DNA of 64,000 nt from Fistulifera solaris (taxonomy: Eukaryota): positions 558,001 through 622,000 of the forward strand of contig AP026151.1 of assembly GCA_030295235.1 (NCBI GenBank). Direction: 5' to 3'. The notes under the pieces were generated by a model. The model was not told the DNA's origin, did no database searches, and worked only from the letters and a program-made list of their open reading frames with translations. The position numbers and the translations under genes were made by a program. The stretch's first letter is position 1. Every line of letters starts with the position of its first letter. Shown in pieces: positions 12,665 to 24,500 of the stretch.

Positions 12665-13738
12665 CTATTTCTTCTCGCTGATCAAAGCCATCTCCTCATC
12701 ATCTTCCGACAACTGAGACGATCCGTTTTCGGACTTGGATACCACAGGTGGTGATGCAGCAGGAGTCGTATCGAACGTATAATTACAAATCGAAATAACA
12801 ACTTGCCCCGCGGCGATCATCATCGCCGGTGTCAACGGTCCTCCCAGCCACACATGATCCAACACGGACGATAAAATGATGGCTCCGGTGGTGGCCAAAG
12901 TCTTGAGAATGGAGTCACCATATTTGATCGACAGTGCTACCAAAAGTCCACCGGCGGCTCCCAATAAAGCCACACCCCACGCCAGTGGCGTCCAACCCGC
13001 TCCCAATTCCGCCGGAGATGTCGTGAACGCCATAAAGGCCAAGTACACCGGCACACTCCCAAATGCCAGCTGAAAGTTTCGTTCCCAAATCGAGAGTTGC
13101 AAAGGATCCTTTTTGATCACTTTCTCAAAATAAATAGACGAGAACCCCGACAATGTGACTTCGATGAGTACCGCCGCCGTTCCGAGCAGCACATTGGCGT
13201 CGGGTCCTACTGTCGTTGTCGTATCATTCTTATCCCAAATCGGTTGTGAAAACAAGAGCACCCCCAGCGACAAGGCAATCAAGGCCCGCCACTGCGTCCA
13301 AGAATACTGCCGACGCAATATGATGCTGGAACACGCGGCGGTCGTCAATATTTTGCATTGCGCAAAGATGGTAAACATCCCGGCCCCAATGTTTTTCAAG
13401 GAAATGAGACTCAACGTATTCATGGCCCCATAGATCAAGGCCAAACCAATCATTTTCTGACTCGTTGCTACCAGATATCCCAGTCGTTGTTGCATCGTTC
13501 GGTGTTTTCCCGTCATGGCATCGTCGCTGTTCACAATCATGTACGCGGAAAAGATCATTTTAATGATTTCACTGACCAACAAGACTTCGTATTTGGAGTA
13601 TTTTTCTTGTCTTGTTCCCAACGAATAACGTCGAATGACCGTAAAGAGCGAATTTTGCAGACACAGTACCACGAGAACGACCATGCGGATACTGTTCATA
13701 CAAGAAAAGATCGACTTGTTGTTGTTGGTGTCGCTCAT
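12665..13738 (-). CDS. Nucleotide-sugar transporter (SLC35A; CMP-sialic acid/UDP-galactose type)
   Basis: SEIIK, QCKILTTA, SGFSSIYFEKVIK, SIWERNFQL and GGLLVALSIKYGDSILK with multiple TM helices. Start placed at MSDTNN (uncertain). Confidence 0.88.
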   Translation of the reverse strand: MSDTNNNKSIFSCMNSIRMVVLVVLCLQNSLFTVIRRYSLGTRQEKYSKYEVLLVSEIIKMIFSAYMIVNSDDAMTGKHRTMQQRLGYLVATSQKMIGLALIYGAMNTLSLISLKNIGAGMFTIFAQCKILTTAACSSIILRRQYSWTQWRALIALSLGVLLFSQPIWDKNDTTTTVGPDANVLLGTAAVLIEVTLSGFSSIYFEKVIKKDPLQLSIWERNFQLAFGSVPVYLAFMAFTTSPAELGAGWTPLAWGVALLGAAGGLLVALSIKYGDSILKTLATTGAIILSSVLDHVWLGGPLTPAMMIAAGQVVISICNYTFDTTPAASPPVVSKSENGSSQLSEDDEEMALISEKK

Positions 13739-14213
13739 GATGATGGAAGGTTTGCGGGGTGGAGTGTCGTCTTTGTGGATTGTTTCTGGAACTCGTTTCG
13801 AGGCTTTGCGGTGATGTTGACCCAAGTCCATAAACAACACTCGAGCTCTTGTTTGAAAGAAATGAAGTTTGTTCGCAACGCAGGAGGAGATGGAGGAAGA
13901 TTGGAGGAGTTAAAGCAAAGGATGCTGACGATATCCTTTTGGCAATAATAAGTTCGAAGGTTTATCGTCGATCGTGACTGCGGTATTTATTGCTGGAAAC
14001 TTGGTAAAACGACGGAGTGAAGAAACTTAAAACTGATACGACAAATAAAAATATCTGATTTAAGAACTCAGTACCGGATAAACAGACATGCGCGATTGCA
14101 CACGAAAGACGCACGCGGCGTCCGAAATCCGGACACTTTTACAACTATTAGCAACTGCTATTATCTGCTATCGATACAAGTAAACTTCCTTCTTTCTCCT
14201 TCTGGCGTTCAGA

Positions 14214-15042
14214 ATGACATCGTCGTGGTTGCAATTGGCTCAGAAGACAGCTATCGTTACAGGAGCGGGATCGGGGATCGGGGCTATGGGTTACGTATAT
14301 CATTAAAGCTGCCGGTTCGTTTGCCGAAATCATCCTCCATAATATAGACTCATTTTTTCCCTCCCTATAGACAGTCGCCCGTTCTTTACTGAATCAACAA
14401 TGTCGTGTCATTCAAGTGGATCGGGATGAAGCATCGATGCAACACATCACGAAGGATGCGTCGGTCGTTCAATGCGATGTTTCGCAAGAAGATCAAGTGC
14501 GAAACGTTTTTGTTCAATCTGACAATCCGTCCATTCTCATCAATTGTGCCGGTATTACACGCGATGGATGGATTTCGAATTTGTCAAATGATGATTGGGA
14601 CTCGGTTCTCGATATTAATCTCAAGGGAACCTTTTTGATGTGCCGTGAATTCATTCGACTTCAGAATGAGAGATTAAAACAAGGAGAAGACCGGCCGGCC
14701 TGTTCCATTGTCAATGTCGGATCGGTTGTTTCGGAATTGGGGAATTTGGGGCAAACGAATTATGCCGCCAGTAAAGGAGGAGTGCTGGGGTTGACACGAG
14801 CGTTGGCCAAAGAAGTGGCCCGCAGCCATATTCGAGTGAATGCGGTCGTTCCGGGGTTCATTGATACGCCCATGGCACAACAAGTGCCGGTCCATGTGCA
14901 AGAGCAAATCCGGAACCAAATTCCGTTGGGTCGGTTCGGGAAACCGGAAGAAGTCGCGGATCTCATTCTATTCTTGGCATCACCGAGAAGTAGTTACATC
15001 ACGGGAGAATGCATCAAAGTGAGCGGAATGATTTCATTATAA
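14214..15042 (+). CDS. Short-chain dehydrogenase/reductase, FabG/HSD17B8-like 3-oxoacyl-ACP reductase; intron about 14290-14374
   Basis: Exon 1 has AIVTGAGSGIG. Exon 2 has NCAGITRD, YAASKGG, VNAVVPGFIDTPM and IPLGRFGKPEEVA. Confidence 0.9.
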
Positions 15043-16143
15043 AATGCGACGTTGTGATTCTACAGACTGTTTTTCGGTATAAATTATGCTAAAATGGTCA
15101 ATTCTCTAATGGGTCAAACAATACAAACGGTGGGTATGGAAACACTTTCGAATTTCATTTTCAATCGTTACTTCTTTCTCGAGGAAATAATAACAATGTC
15201 ATTCTGCGCCAGTGCGCGAAATTCGATATGTGATTCCACGTTGGGAGCAATTCATTCGGGTGTACATCGTACGTACACCTCTAGCGATTATCGCTCCCAT
15301 TACCGTCCTCATCCTCCCAGTTTGCAATTGGCATCACCTAATTGACTCACGCCTCGAATATTGGCACCACCACGTCCCAAAGGCTTTCCATCTCCAGTCG
15401 AACGATACGATCGACCTTGATTCCGGTTACCGTACGTTCGATTCTAGTACGTCGACAACAACACGTGTTCGAATTCCACTGTCAGAGAACGTCCCTTAAA
15501 TTTAATTAGAATTGCAGGTTCGAAGCACTTACCGACGAGGACGCATGATTCTCAAGAGCTTGTGGATTGAAAATGGTTGTGAAAAATAGTGCTACCAGCG
15601 TATAAATACCTGCACACTCGTGAGAGAAAGGAAGCGACGGTCATTGACACCATAACGGCCTAAACGTACCTGCGAGAAAGTCCGTGAACGACTTCCACAG
15701 TGACTTTTTGCCGCCGACGGTGCCGTCTGCAGAAACATATACCATACTTTATCTTTTCGACAGAATAGAAGAGTTAAAGGGTAAAGGTACGAATGTAATG
15801 ATGACTTCGAAGAGTGGTAAATATAAAAGGGAAATAATAACACACGGCGCAGTAAAAACACGACACCCCACGACCCACGACCGAACAATTCGTTACCGGT
15901 ATGACGTTGAAACAAACGTCCGTCCTTCTACACGTCGATCCGCAGCAGCAGAGCAGCAGCAGCACAAAAACAACCCCAATTACCAAAATCCTTATTGTTT
16001 CATCTATCTTGAACCAAAATGCGACTTTCTACCAAACGAGACTATCTTTCATGCTCCCAGAGCGACTTGGCGACTATTTCGTTACAGCGACAGCGCACGG
16101 AAGACCCTATTCAGTCCTTGTTCGCTTCTCTTGATCACCTGTC

Positions 16144-16357
16144 CGGCGAAGATAAATGTTCCTCTGAGCGATTATCCAATGAATAACCGCAATAACAAGA
16201 TCAACTTCGATAACAAAGCCAATCGGTAACTCACAACACACTATATAATTATCATCCTACTTCTTACGTTCGAACAAGATTGCTCGCCAATACACTGACG
16301 TAAGTCCGTCATACGTTGAATCGTAACTCGTGACTCAATCTATCAATAACTCTCGTT
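16144..16357 (-). repeat. 3' LTR (214 bp), preceded on the element strand by the purine tract GAGAGAGAG (16358-16366)
   Basis: Matches 22284-22495 except for one 2-bp indel and one near-terminal substitution. Confidence 0.92.
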
Positions 16358-16432
16358 CTCTCTCTCAATCGTAGCTTCGAACTTCTTCCTAAAATCCTAA
16401 ATCTCTCTAAACACATATAACTTCGACGAGTC

Positions 16433-19400
16433 TCACCAACCCATCAATAACCTGCGCTTTGTTTCGAACTCTCCTTTCGACAAGCCCTTCGTAAATATAT
16501 CCGCCTTCTGCTCAGCTGTATCGATTCGTCTCGGCCGATCTCTCCATCTTTGATATGCGAAATGAACCACCAATACTTGCAAGCAATATGCTTTGTCCGA
16601 GGGGTCATCTTTGGATAAGAGTTGTTCATCATAGTAAGCGCTCCATTGTTGTCTTCCCACACAATAGAAACAGTAGACTCTGCACTCCGCTCGATCTTGA
16701 AATGCTCCGTCAGCTCTTCCATAACTTCGTACGGGTAACAACTGTCTCATTGCCATAGACGCTGCGATAAATTCCGCTTCCGTAGTAGACAACGAAATCT
16801 CACTTTGCAACTTAGATCCCCAAAGCACCGGAACACCTCCAAGCGTAATAACATACCCAGTACGACTTTTCACACTCGTAGGATCGTTTCGGCGTCTTGA
16901 ATTCCATAATCCCGCGAAATCGGCATCCACGTAAAGATCCAATCTCAAGTCCTTATCCGGACGAATAATCATCCCTCGATCACTCGTTGCTTTCAAATAA
17001 CGACCAATTCGTTTCAATGCTATCTCGTGAATACGTTTCGGGCAGTGCGTGAACCTAGCACATTGATGCACCGCAAACGCAATATCTGGTCGCGAGTTCG
17101 ACGCCAAATACATCATCATTCCGACAACTGAGGCATACGACCACTTCTCAACACAGTCTTCTCCATCAGAATCCTTTCCAAGCGTTTTTCGATTCAGCAG
17201 GAGTCGAACTCGTCCGACAATCCTGTAAACCCATCGTGACTAAAATCCGATCAATCAATCCCTTTTGCAAAAGCTCAATCGATCCATCTTCCTTTCTTTG
17301 AATCAAAATCCCAAGAAATCCAGCAACATCGTCTTCAATATTCAACTGAAATCTCTGGAACTTTTCGTTGTTACGCAGATCGTCAATCACTGCATCGATG
17401 TCGTGTTCCTCACGTGCGAAGAACAGGCAATCATCAACGTAAGTCAAGCAAACAACTTTTCTCGACATAAACAAACAAGGTTCATTCTTCGACTGAACAA
17501 ATCCTCGATCTTCCAATCCCTTCTTCAAACAATTAAAGAAGTTCAAGGGACTCTGTCTTAACCCATAAACACTTTTCTTCAATCTCAACACGTATCCCGG
17601 ACGCTCGAATCCTTTCGGCATCTCACAGAACACTTCCTCGTTCAGGTCAGCCTGCACAAACGCCAACGTATAGTCGACTTGCTTCGTAGCCAAGCCCAAG
17701 ACGATCGACAGAATCAACAGCAAACGAACGGTACTCCACGAAACCACCGGGGCATACGTCTCAAAGAAATCGACGCCCTCAATTTGACGATCTCCGCGAA
17801 TGCACCATCTCGCCTTAAATTTCTTGATCCGACCATCGGGGTATCTTTTTGCATTTGAACGCCCAAGTGCTCGGCAAGATATTCGCTCCCTTTTCAACTG
17901 CGTCAGATCTCGGAACCACGTCCCAAGGATCCAAACTTTCCAACGACTCGATCTCTTCCGACCATCGCTTGACGATAGCCCTCACTATTCGGTCCATTCA
18001 TCGCTTGGTGGTAATTCGGAGTGTCTTCGTTGTTCGCTTTCGCAGCAAACGCCAAAGGATGCAAATCATCGAGCAATCCGTCCTCATCGACGTTCGATCG
18101 CATCAACAAAGCATGCGCACCCCAATTTCCCTGCGACAAGATGTCCCCATCAAAATCCAGACTTCGCCAGAAAAACTTCATTCTCCGACGGAAGACCAAA
18201 CTCTTTCTGTACTTTCTCTATCAGCTCAGACTCGGTCTCCTTTCCGAATTTCGTCATATCGCGCTCAGCAATATAAACTTCTTCAATGTTGTCATCGTCG
18301 TCGGGCCCATAAAATCTTCCACGACTAACAGGCCGATTTACGAAATCGGAACCGTAATACTGCGATTCCAACGTCAGCGGTCTCTCACTTCGACGAGGAG
18401 CAGGTTCTTCCACATCCTCATCATCACTATCATCTCTCTCTGGAGCAAACATAGGAACTTCATCTTGATCTTGATCCGCATGAATCTGATTCGGCTCGAC
18501 TCTCGGTTCTCGATGGCGAGGTCCCGGAGCCAAGTTTCTCTCTTGTGTTTGTCGTCGAATTAACAACTCTCTCTGTTTCTTTTCTTCGTCAGTCAACCAA
18601 TCCTCGTGTAGCAAAGGTAATTCTTGTCCATCCTCGGGTTCAACTTTATCTCGGCTAAACGTAAGTAACTCTTCCCAATCCTTTGGTTCGGCCTCTTCGA
18701 CAACAGGTTTTGGAATCAACGGAATCGTCGTGAACTTGTCATCGTACACCACGTGAAACTGTGGCGAAACCGCTCCCGTTCTCAAATTCCTAATAAGCCC
18801 AATTGTACTTGCGTGTCGCCCGACATTCCCAAGAACTGACCTCTCCGACTTTTCGGCTTCCACTTCGGTAATTTCTTTCCGTCTTGAATCCTAGTATCCA
18901 GAACGTAGCACGGACATCCAAACACTCTCATTCGCTGAAGTACACTCATATCCATCGTAACTCCAGACAGTAGCTCGACCGGTGCAAGTCCCGAATCCTG
19001 CTTCGGTAACCTGTTCCATAAGTACACCGCATAGTCTACCGCAAATGGCCATAAGTCCACCGACGTTTCGCTTGGCCAGTGAATCATCGCGTGCAGTAGC
19101 ATCGTCCTCGCGCTTTCTGTCACAGTTCGGATCGCGTTCTCTGCAATTCCGTTCTGATGGTGTGCACCGACACCGGAGAAATGGATTCGCTGTCCTTGCA
19201 ACTCCAAATCCTTCAGAAATTCCTGCGACTTGAACACTCCTAAATCTGCGCTGGTACTCCTTGACTTCAACTCTATCGGCTTGAAGCTCTCTCGAACATA
19301 TGTTTTGATCGAATAGTTTCCGTTGACGACGTGGACACTTGATTTTCGACATACAGGTACGTCGTAGCCGTATCCACAAAGATTGTCCCACACTTGAACT

Positions 19401-22199
19401 TGTCTTGCTCTTGCTCTTTCCCATAAGTATGCGATCGTCGACCCGACACACTTGACACGCGTACTGATCCGTCGATACCATCTGACCTGGCGTCAAGATA
19501 CCTTCTTTCAACGAACCGTCTCTCTCTGGGACTTTCGACTTATGTGTCGCATGGAGCGTCAACGACTTCTTCGGTAAAAGGAAATCGAAAGACAGAACCC
19601 TTTTCCGTGACTCGAAATTCACCACGACCCCCTCTAGCTTCGAGCTGCAAATGCACTTGTGGACTAAAGAGAGCGAACTTGAGCGCCAGGCACATAAAGA
19701 GCCCGCGTTTTCAATGCATGCTCTTGTCCAGTATCATCTCGAACCGTCCAGGATACAGTACCCGAACCACAAACTCGTGCTTGCTGAGCGATCCCGGTCA
19801 AAGACGAATCACTCGGAGTGAAGTCAATAAAATCATCGCGATGTGGGGTAACACCAGTTGACGCGCCAGTATCGAACACAATAGGCGTATCATTCATTGC
19901 ACCAAAGTAGACGCTCTGTAATTGAACACATCCATCAACAGGACTCAGATTGTTGTACGCCCAAGCGGCTGGAGTGTCGCTAAGCATGTAACCAGATTTT
20001 CTGTCAACGAGAGGCACCGTAGCCATTTGAATCGACCAAAACCACAGAGGAGATCCAAAAATTCAGGATTGGCACGGCACGCTTCATCGAACATCTCAGG
20101 AATCGTAGGAACATAGCGAACGGGTATATCTGCCCATCCTTTAATCCACTCAGAAATCTCGTCTCCTAGGAATCCAGGACGTTTAGGTGACGCGTTTTGA
20201 CTCCCGAGTCTTGCTCCTGCGAAACCACGTAAGCGACGACGTCGCTTCTTCTTCCAACTCTCTCTGTCGCGCACAATCGGTCTGCGTGTAACGTCAAACC
20301 AAACTGGGGCAACAGAACCAAATCCTAACACACCCTCCGCCATAAAATGCAAGCGAAGTGGCATTTCCATCAAAACAATCGACGCCGAACACGAACCATC
20401 GACAATCGCTTCGAAAATCATAACTCCAACCATAAGCAACCAAAGTAACAGCCCAATAATCCCGAGCTTGCTTCGGAAGCTTGTCTTCATAAACTCCTTT
20501 CCAATTCTGGAGAGTTTGGGCCATCTGCTCCAGCGGTCCAGAAAACCACTGAAGCGGCCCATTAAAAACGCGGCGTCAAAGCGCCCTGCGAAGTTTCCGG
20601 ACTCCTTCTTGTCATCCGACTTGTCAGACGACTTGGTATCCGAAGGTTCGCTCGCTTTTAACGCTAACATAGCTCGATGCTGGTCGGTGTCGTGACCAAC
20701 GATTGCACCGTCCACACCAATGGTAAGTCTTTCCATTGATGGTCTTCGTGTGACTTTCGCCTTTCTTGGGCGGGGTACTGAAGGGATCCTTTTCTTTCTT
20801 GGCATTCGACCCGTTCGAATCGCCTCCGCCCTCTTCCACCACCGCGTCCGCCACGACCACCACGACCTCCTCCACGGCCTCCGCGTCCACCACGGCCATT
20901 TCCACGACCATTGCCCGAACCACGGTTGCCAGAGTTGTTATTTCCATCGCCGTCCTTCTTCTTCTTCGGACAATCGACAGACTTGTGTCCTTTCTCACCG
21001 CACTCATAGCAGTTCCCGGCAAAGAATCCAGAGTCGCTTTGCTTTCCATCGCCAGCAACCCAAAGACTTGCTCCCAATAAGCCAGAATACAACTCGTTGG
21101 CTTTATCGGTCAAAGCCTCAACGGTACAATCGCGTCCCAATAGCACCGAATGGGCTGTCAAATCGCTATTAAACTCCGGTAGAGCTCGCGATCAATCCAC
21201 GCTTCACAAGCTTCGCCATATCCGGAATCGCCGCATTAGCCGATAAGTTCATCGAATTTGCGAGCATATTGTAAACGCCCACCGCAACCGTATTATAGTC
21301 GCGCACATTTTCTCCCGGAAAGTTCTTAACCGTAATCGACTCGAACTGACTGATAAGCCCTCGGATAGCCGACGAATCACGCACGATAACGTAATCCATC
21401 ATCATCTTAAAGTAGACCGGCCCGCTCTGGTAGGCCGCCTCTTTTCCGTAGGGTACACTCTGGGCCTGTGTCTCAATCCGAGTTCGCAAGTCGGGCGAGC
21501 AACAGTTGAGGATCAATTCCCGGTCCATTGCAAATTCTCGACCTGCCAATCTGCACCTCGCACCGCCGTAGAAATCACAAGCTTTCTTGATAGTATCCAT
21601 ATCCAACTTGTAATATCCAGTAAACAAATTCACCATTTCGCTGCGTGCGGTCGGAATCGGCACCAAAAAGTCCGGGTGCGCCACAAACTCCGACGGAATC
21701 TGAAAAACATCATCCATGTCGTATCGTTCGCCACCGCACGAACTTCAGCGATGCGTAAATCAACACGGTATGCCTTCGACAGAGTTGCAACCGCTTCTCC
21801 ATCATTCAAATTGATCGAATCCATGATCTCGAACTTCGTTTCGATGCCCGCCGTAGCAATTTCATGCAGCTGGGACTTCTCCTTCGGCTTCATACTTTCT
21901 CGATCCTTAGCTTCGACCAAAGGTTTCTTCTTCTTAACTTCCTGGGTGGTACGGTCGGTCGCTCGCAGAGCAACTCCGAGTTTCTGGCTCAAATAGTCCA
22001 AATTATCATCGTCGGCCATCTTTTCTTCTTCTTCTTCCGACTCCGAATCCGAATCCTTTTCTTCTTCTTCTTCCGACTCCGAATCCGAATCCGAATCTCT
22101 TTCTCCTTGCCAGAAAACGTTCAAATGAAGCCTGTCGGGCCCCTCTTCTTCTTCCTGTAACGATGGAAGGCTTTCCTCTTCTTCTCCACGATCAGTCAT
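16433..22199 (-). CDS. Copia Gag-Pol polyprotein, broken into many frames
   Basis: Zn knuckle CYECGEKGHKSVDC plus RGG tract plus YHWCGRC; protease VFDTGAS; integrase STDQY...ADLGVF...GAHHQNGIAE; RT KARWCIRGD...YVDD; RNase H YVDADFAG...STTEAE...KADIFTK...LLMGW. Confidence 0.9.
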
Positions 22200-22270
22200 C
22201 CACCAGAGAGAATGACTTTAACACACTCAGATTCACGCTTTTCAATCGAATCAAATCCAATCGGCGTGAC

Positions 22271-22284
22271 CTGGGCTCATAACC
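22271..22284 (-). promoter_or_regulatory. Primer-binding site GGTTATGAGCCCAG, complementary to the anticodon arm of initiator tRNA-Met (half-tRNA priming)
   Basis: The plus strand reads CTGGGCTCATAACC abutting the 5' LTR; same type as the Ty5 and Drosophila copia PBS. Confidence 0.85.
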
Positions 22285-22495
22285 AGCGAAGATAAATGTT
22301 CCTCTGAGCGATTATCCAATGAATAACCGCAATAACAAGATCAACTTCGATAACAAAGCCAATCGGTAACTCACAACACACTATATAATTATCATCCTAC
22401 TTTACGTTCGAACAAGATTGCTCGCCAATACACTGACGTAAGTCCGTCATACGTTGAATCGTAACTCGTGACTCAATCTATCAATAACTCTCGTT
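22284..22495 (-). repeat. 5' LTR (212 bp)
   Basis: Direct repeat of 16144-16357; adjacent to the PBS. Confidence 0.92.
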
Positions 22496-23732
22496 CTGTC
22501 GACTTTCGAGACGACACTGGTGATGATCTCCGCTTCCACCCCGATTTTGCTCCTAGTGAATCGATTCCGAATGAAGAGCTGTCGTTCATTCTGTCGTTTG
22601 CGGAATCGCGTGAAAAGATGCAGTCGTGGGTTTGCGAGAACGAGAATGCCGCTTGGGCACAGAGCACTGTTCAAGCGCTGCTTTCGTTGAATGTCACTTC
22701 GTCTCGCGGCTCCTCAAGCAGCTCTTTTCTTGGTAATCATCGTGCGTCGCGCCGTGTACAATTTGCGCCCGGTTTCTACACTGTCACGGAGATTCCCCAT
22801 CATAATTCGTTGACGGCCGATGAAAAGCGTTCCTTGTATCGCGACAAGCGTGCGTTGCAGGCAGAGAAGGATGAGATCTGCCTGGAGATCAAGTTTGAGC
22901 GTCGTTTACGTCTTTGCAGCGCCGCTGATGCTTTAGAAGAAGGGTGTTTCTTCCGCAATCATCTTGGAGAGTTGGTCCATCCAGCACACTGGCTCGTGTA
23001 TGTGAATGAAATTCTTCCAAGTCTTCCTCTTGATACTCCCGTCGTTGGATTTTCGTCGCTGAACGAATACAAACAAAGTGATGACTTGTCCAAGTACGAG
23101 CAGTACTTTGACAACGCCATTCGGAAGAGAGTCTTCCAGCCTCGATCTCTTGATTCGTGGCGTTTTCTCGTCTGCGTATTTTGTCTCGTTTTCCCTGTAT
23201 TGTGCCCACCGCAGTAGCGATTTGAAACGATTCAACCGCTTTTCGTTGTATGTTAAGTGTTTAGTAGTAATAAACGTAAATGATGCTTTGAAAAAATATT
23301 ACAGTTCTATAGCTATGAACTTCATCTTTTTTAGTTTTTTTCGTAACGTTGTCTTTGTTGTTGTGTATCGCACCGTATGGTATCGTATTGTATTGTATCG
23401 GTGTGCTTCGTTGCCTTCACATTCATATTACTTCGTGATTAATAGAAATCTTTTGAAAGCAAATCTAGAGTTCTATTTTGTCAATGGTTTAGTTTATTAT
23501 TTATTTATTCTCGTCTCTCTAGACTGGACTCGCGTCCTCGCTCAAGTTTTTCACGAGTTTACGTCAGCGTACCAGCTCTACTTGAGCGCTACTTACACGA
23601 TTTCGTACCAGGGCAGTCGTAGAAAATAATCGGTCTGTCAGTCGCCGGTCCGTCCGCAGCAAGCGTCCTTCACTTATTCTCTCGCACAAAAACAACCCCG
23701 TTTTACCAAATTCATCAACTTTACAACCAAAC

Positions 23733-24500
23733 ATGAAAGTTTCTTGCCGTTTAAGCTATCTTCGACGTAACAAAAGTCATCAGAAGACAATTGAGAAGCG
23801 TCGACAAACGATTCGTCCTTTCCGCAAGCTGTGGGCTTCAATCCGTTCTCGCCGCGACGCCGGAGATGATGTTGTATCGCTTGACCGTGAAGCTGCTGCT
23901 CCGAAGCGTGTTTCTCGCGATCCTTATCGTATCATTGTCTGGGATATCGATGATTCTCGTCCTTTTAGTGAGGAGATGCTGTCACAGGCCCCGGAATATG
24001 ACTATCTGGCAGCAGAAGGTCGCGCGAGCGCTGCTGCGGTCCCCGGTCGACAAGCGTTGCGTTTCGCTTGTGATTATGACGCCGCTCTTGACGGCTTTTT
24101 CAGTCCTCCAACTCGTCTTGTCACTTTTGCTGAAGATGTGACTGTTGTTCCCATTCAAAGCCGTCAGTCGTTGACGGAAGACGAGAAACGTTCTTTGTAT
24201 GGCGTCAAGAGTACGAAGAAGGAGAAGAGCCTAAAGGAGCAGCACTTTGAAGACAGCAAGCACTGCATTGAAAATGCAATCGAGGAAGAGATGTTCTTTC
24301 CAAATCACGAGGGCAAGTTGGTCCATCCTGCCCATTTTCGTTCGTTTGTGCGTGAAATCCTTCCAACCCTTCCTCGCGACATGAATGTACCTGGTTTCTT
24401 GTCCTTTGAAGAATATTACGGCCTCCTGGAATATCATGCGCGTAAATACAATACCTCCATTGCCGAAGAAATGATCCAAGATGATCCCGTCGAAGTTTGA
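23733..24500 (+). CDS. Cassette gene B, copy 1 (255 aa, unknown function; RLVTF...LVHPAH)
   Basis: Intact ATG ORF repeated three times; homologous to gene A. Confidence 0.8.
   Translation: MKVSCRLSYLRRNKSHQKTIEKRRQTIRPFRKLWASIRSRRDAGDDVVSLDREAAAPKRVSRDPYRIIVWDIDDSRPFSEEMLSQAPEYDYLAAEGRASAAAVPGRQALRFACDYDAALDGFFSPPTRLVTFAEDVTVVPIQSRQSLTEDEKRSLYGVKSTKKEKSLKEQHFEDSKHCIENAIEEEMFFPNHEGKLVHPAHFRSFVREILPTLPRDMNVPGFLSFEEYYGLLEYHARKYNTSIAEEMIQDDPVEV

Larger units (their letters stand above)
16144..22495 (-). mobile_element. Ty1/copia LTR retrotransposon (diatom CoDi-like), about 6.35 kb, 5-bp TSD CTGTC
   Basis: Direct LTRs at 16144-16357 and 22284-22495; CTGTC at 16139-16143 and 22496-22500; the empty site CACCTGTCGACTTT is present in the sister copies; domain order gag-PR-IN-RT-RH. 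Confidence 0.96.
16019..23217 (+). pseudogene. Cassette gene A, copy 1, disrupted by the retrotransposon (16019-16143 plus 22501-23217)
   Basis: MRLSTKRDYLSCSQ begins at 16019 and the sequence resumes DFRDD after the TSD. The stop of the other copies (TCGTAA) is altered, extending the frame to 23217. Confidence 0.88.

Noticed and set aside
15094..15900. Short ORFs upstream of the array as a relic cassette copy
   Set aside because: No alignable similarity to gene A or B could be established by eye.
19945..21200. Programmed gag-pol frameshift or readthrough
   Set aside because: Too many frame breaks to distinguish recoding from error or decay.
22021..22100. Short direct repeat near the 5' end of the retrotransposon
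   Set aside because: Slippage duplication encoding DSDSESEEEEEK in the acidic Gag leader.
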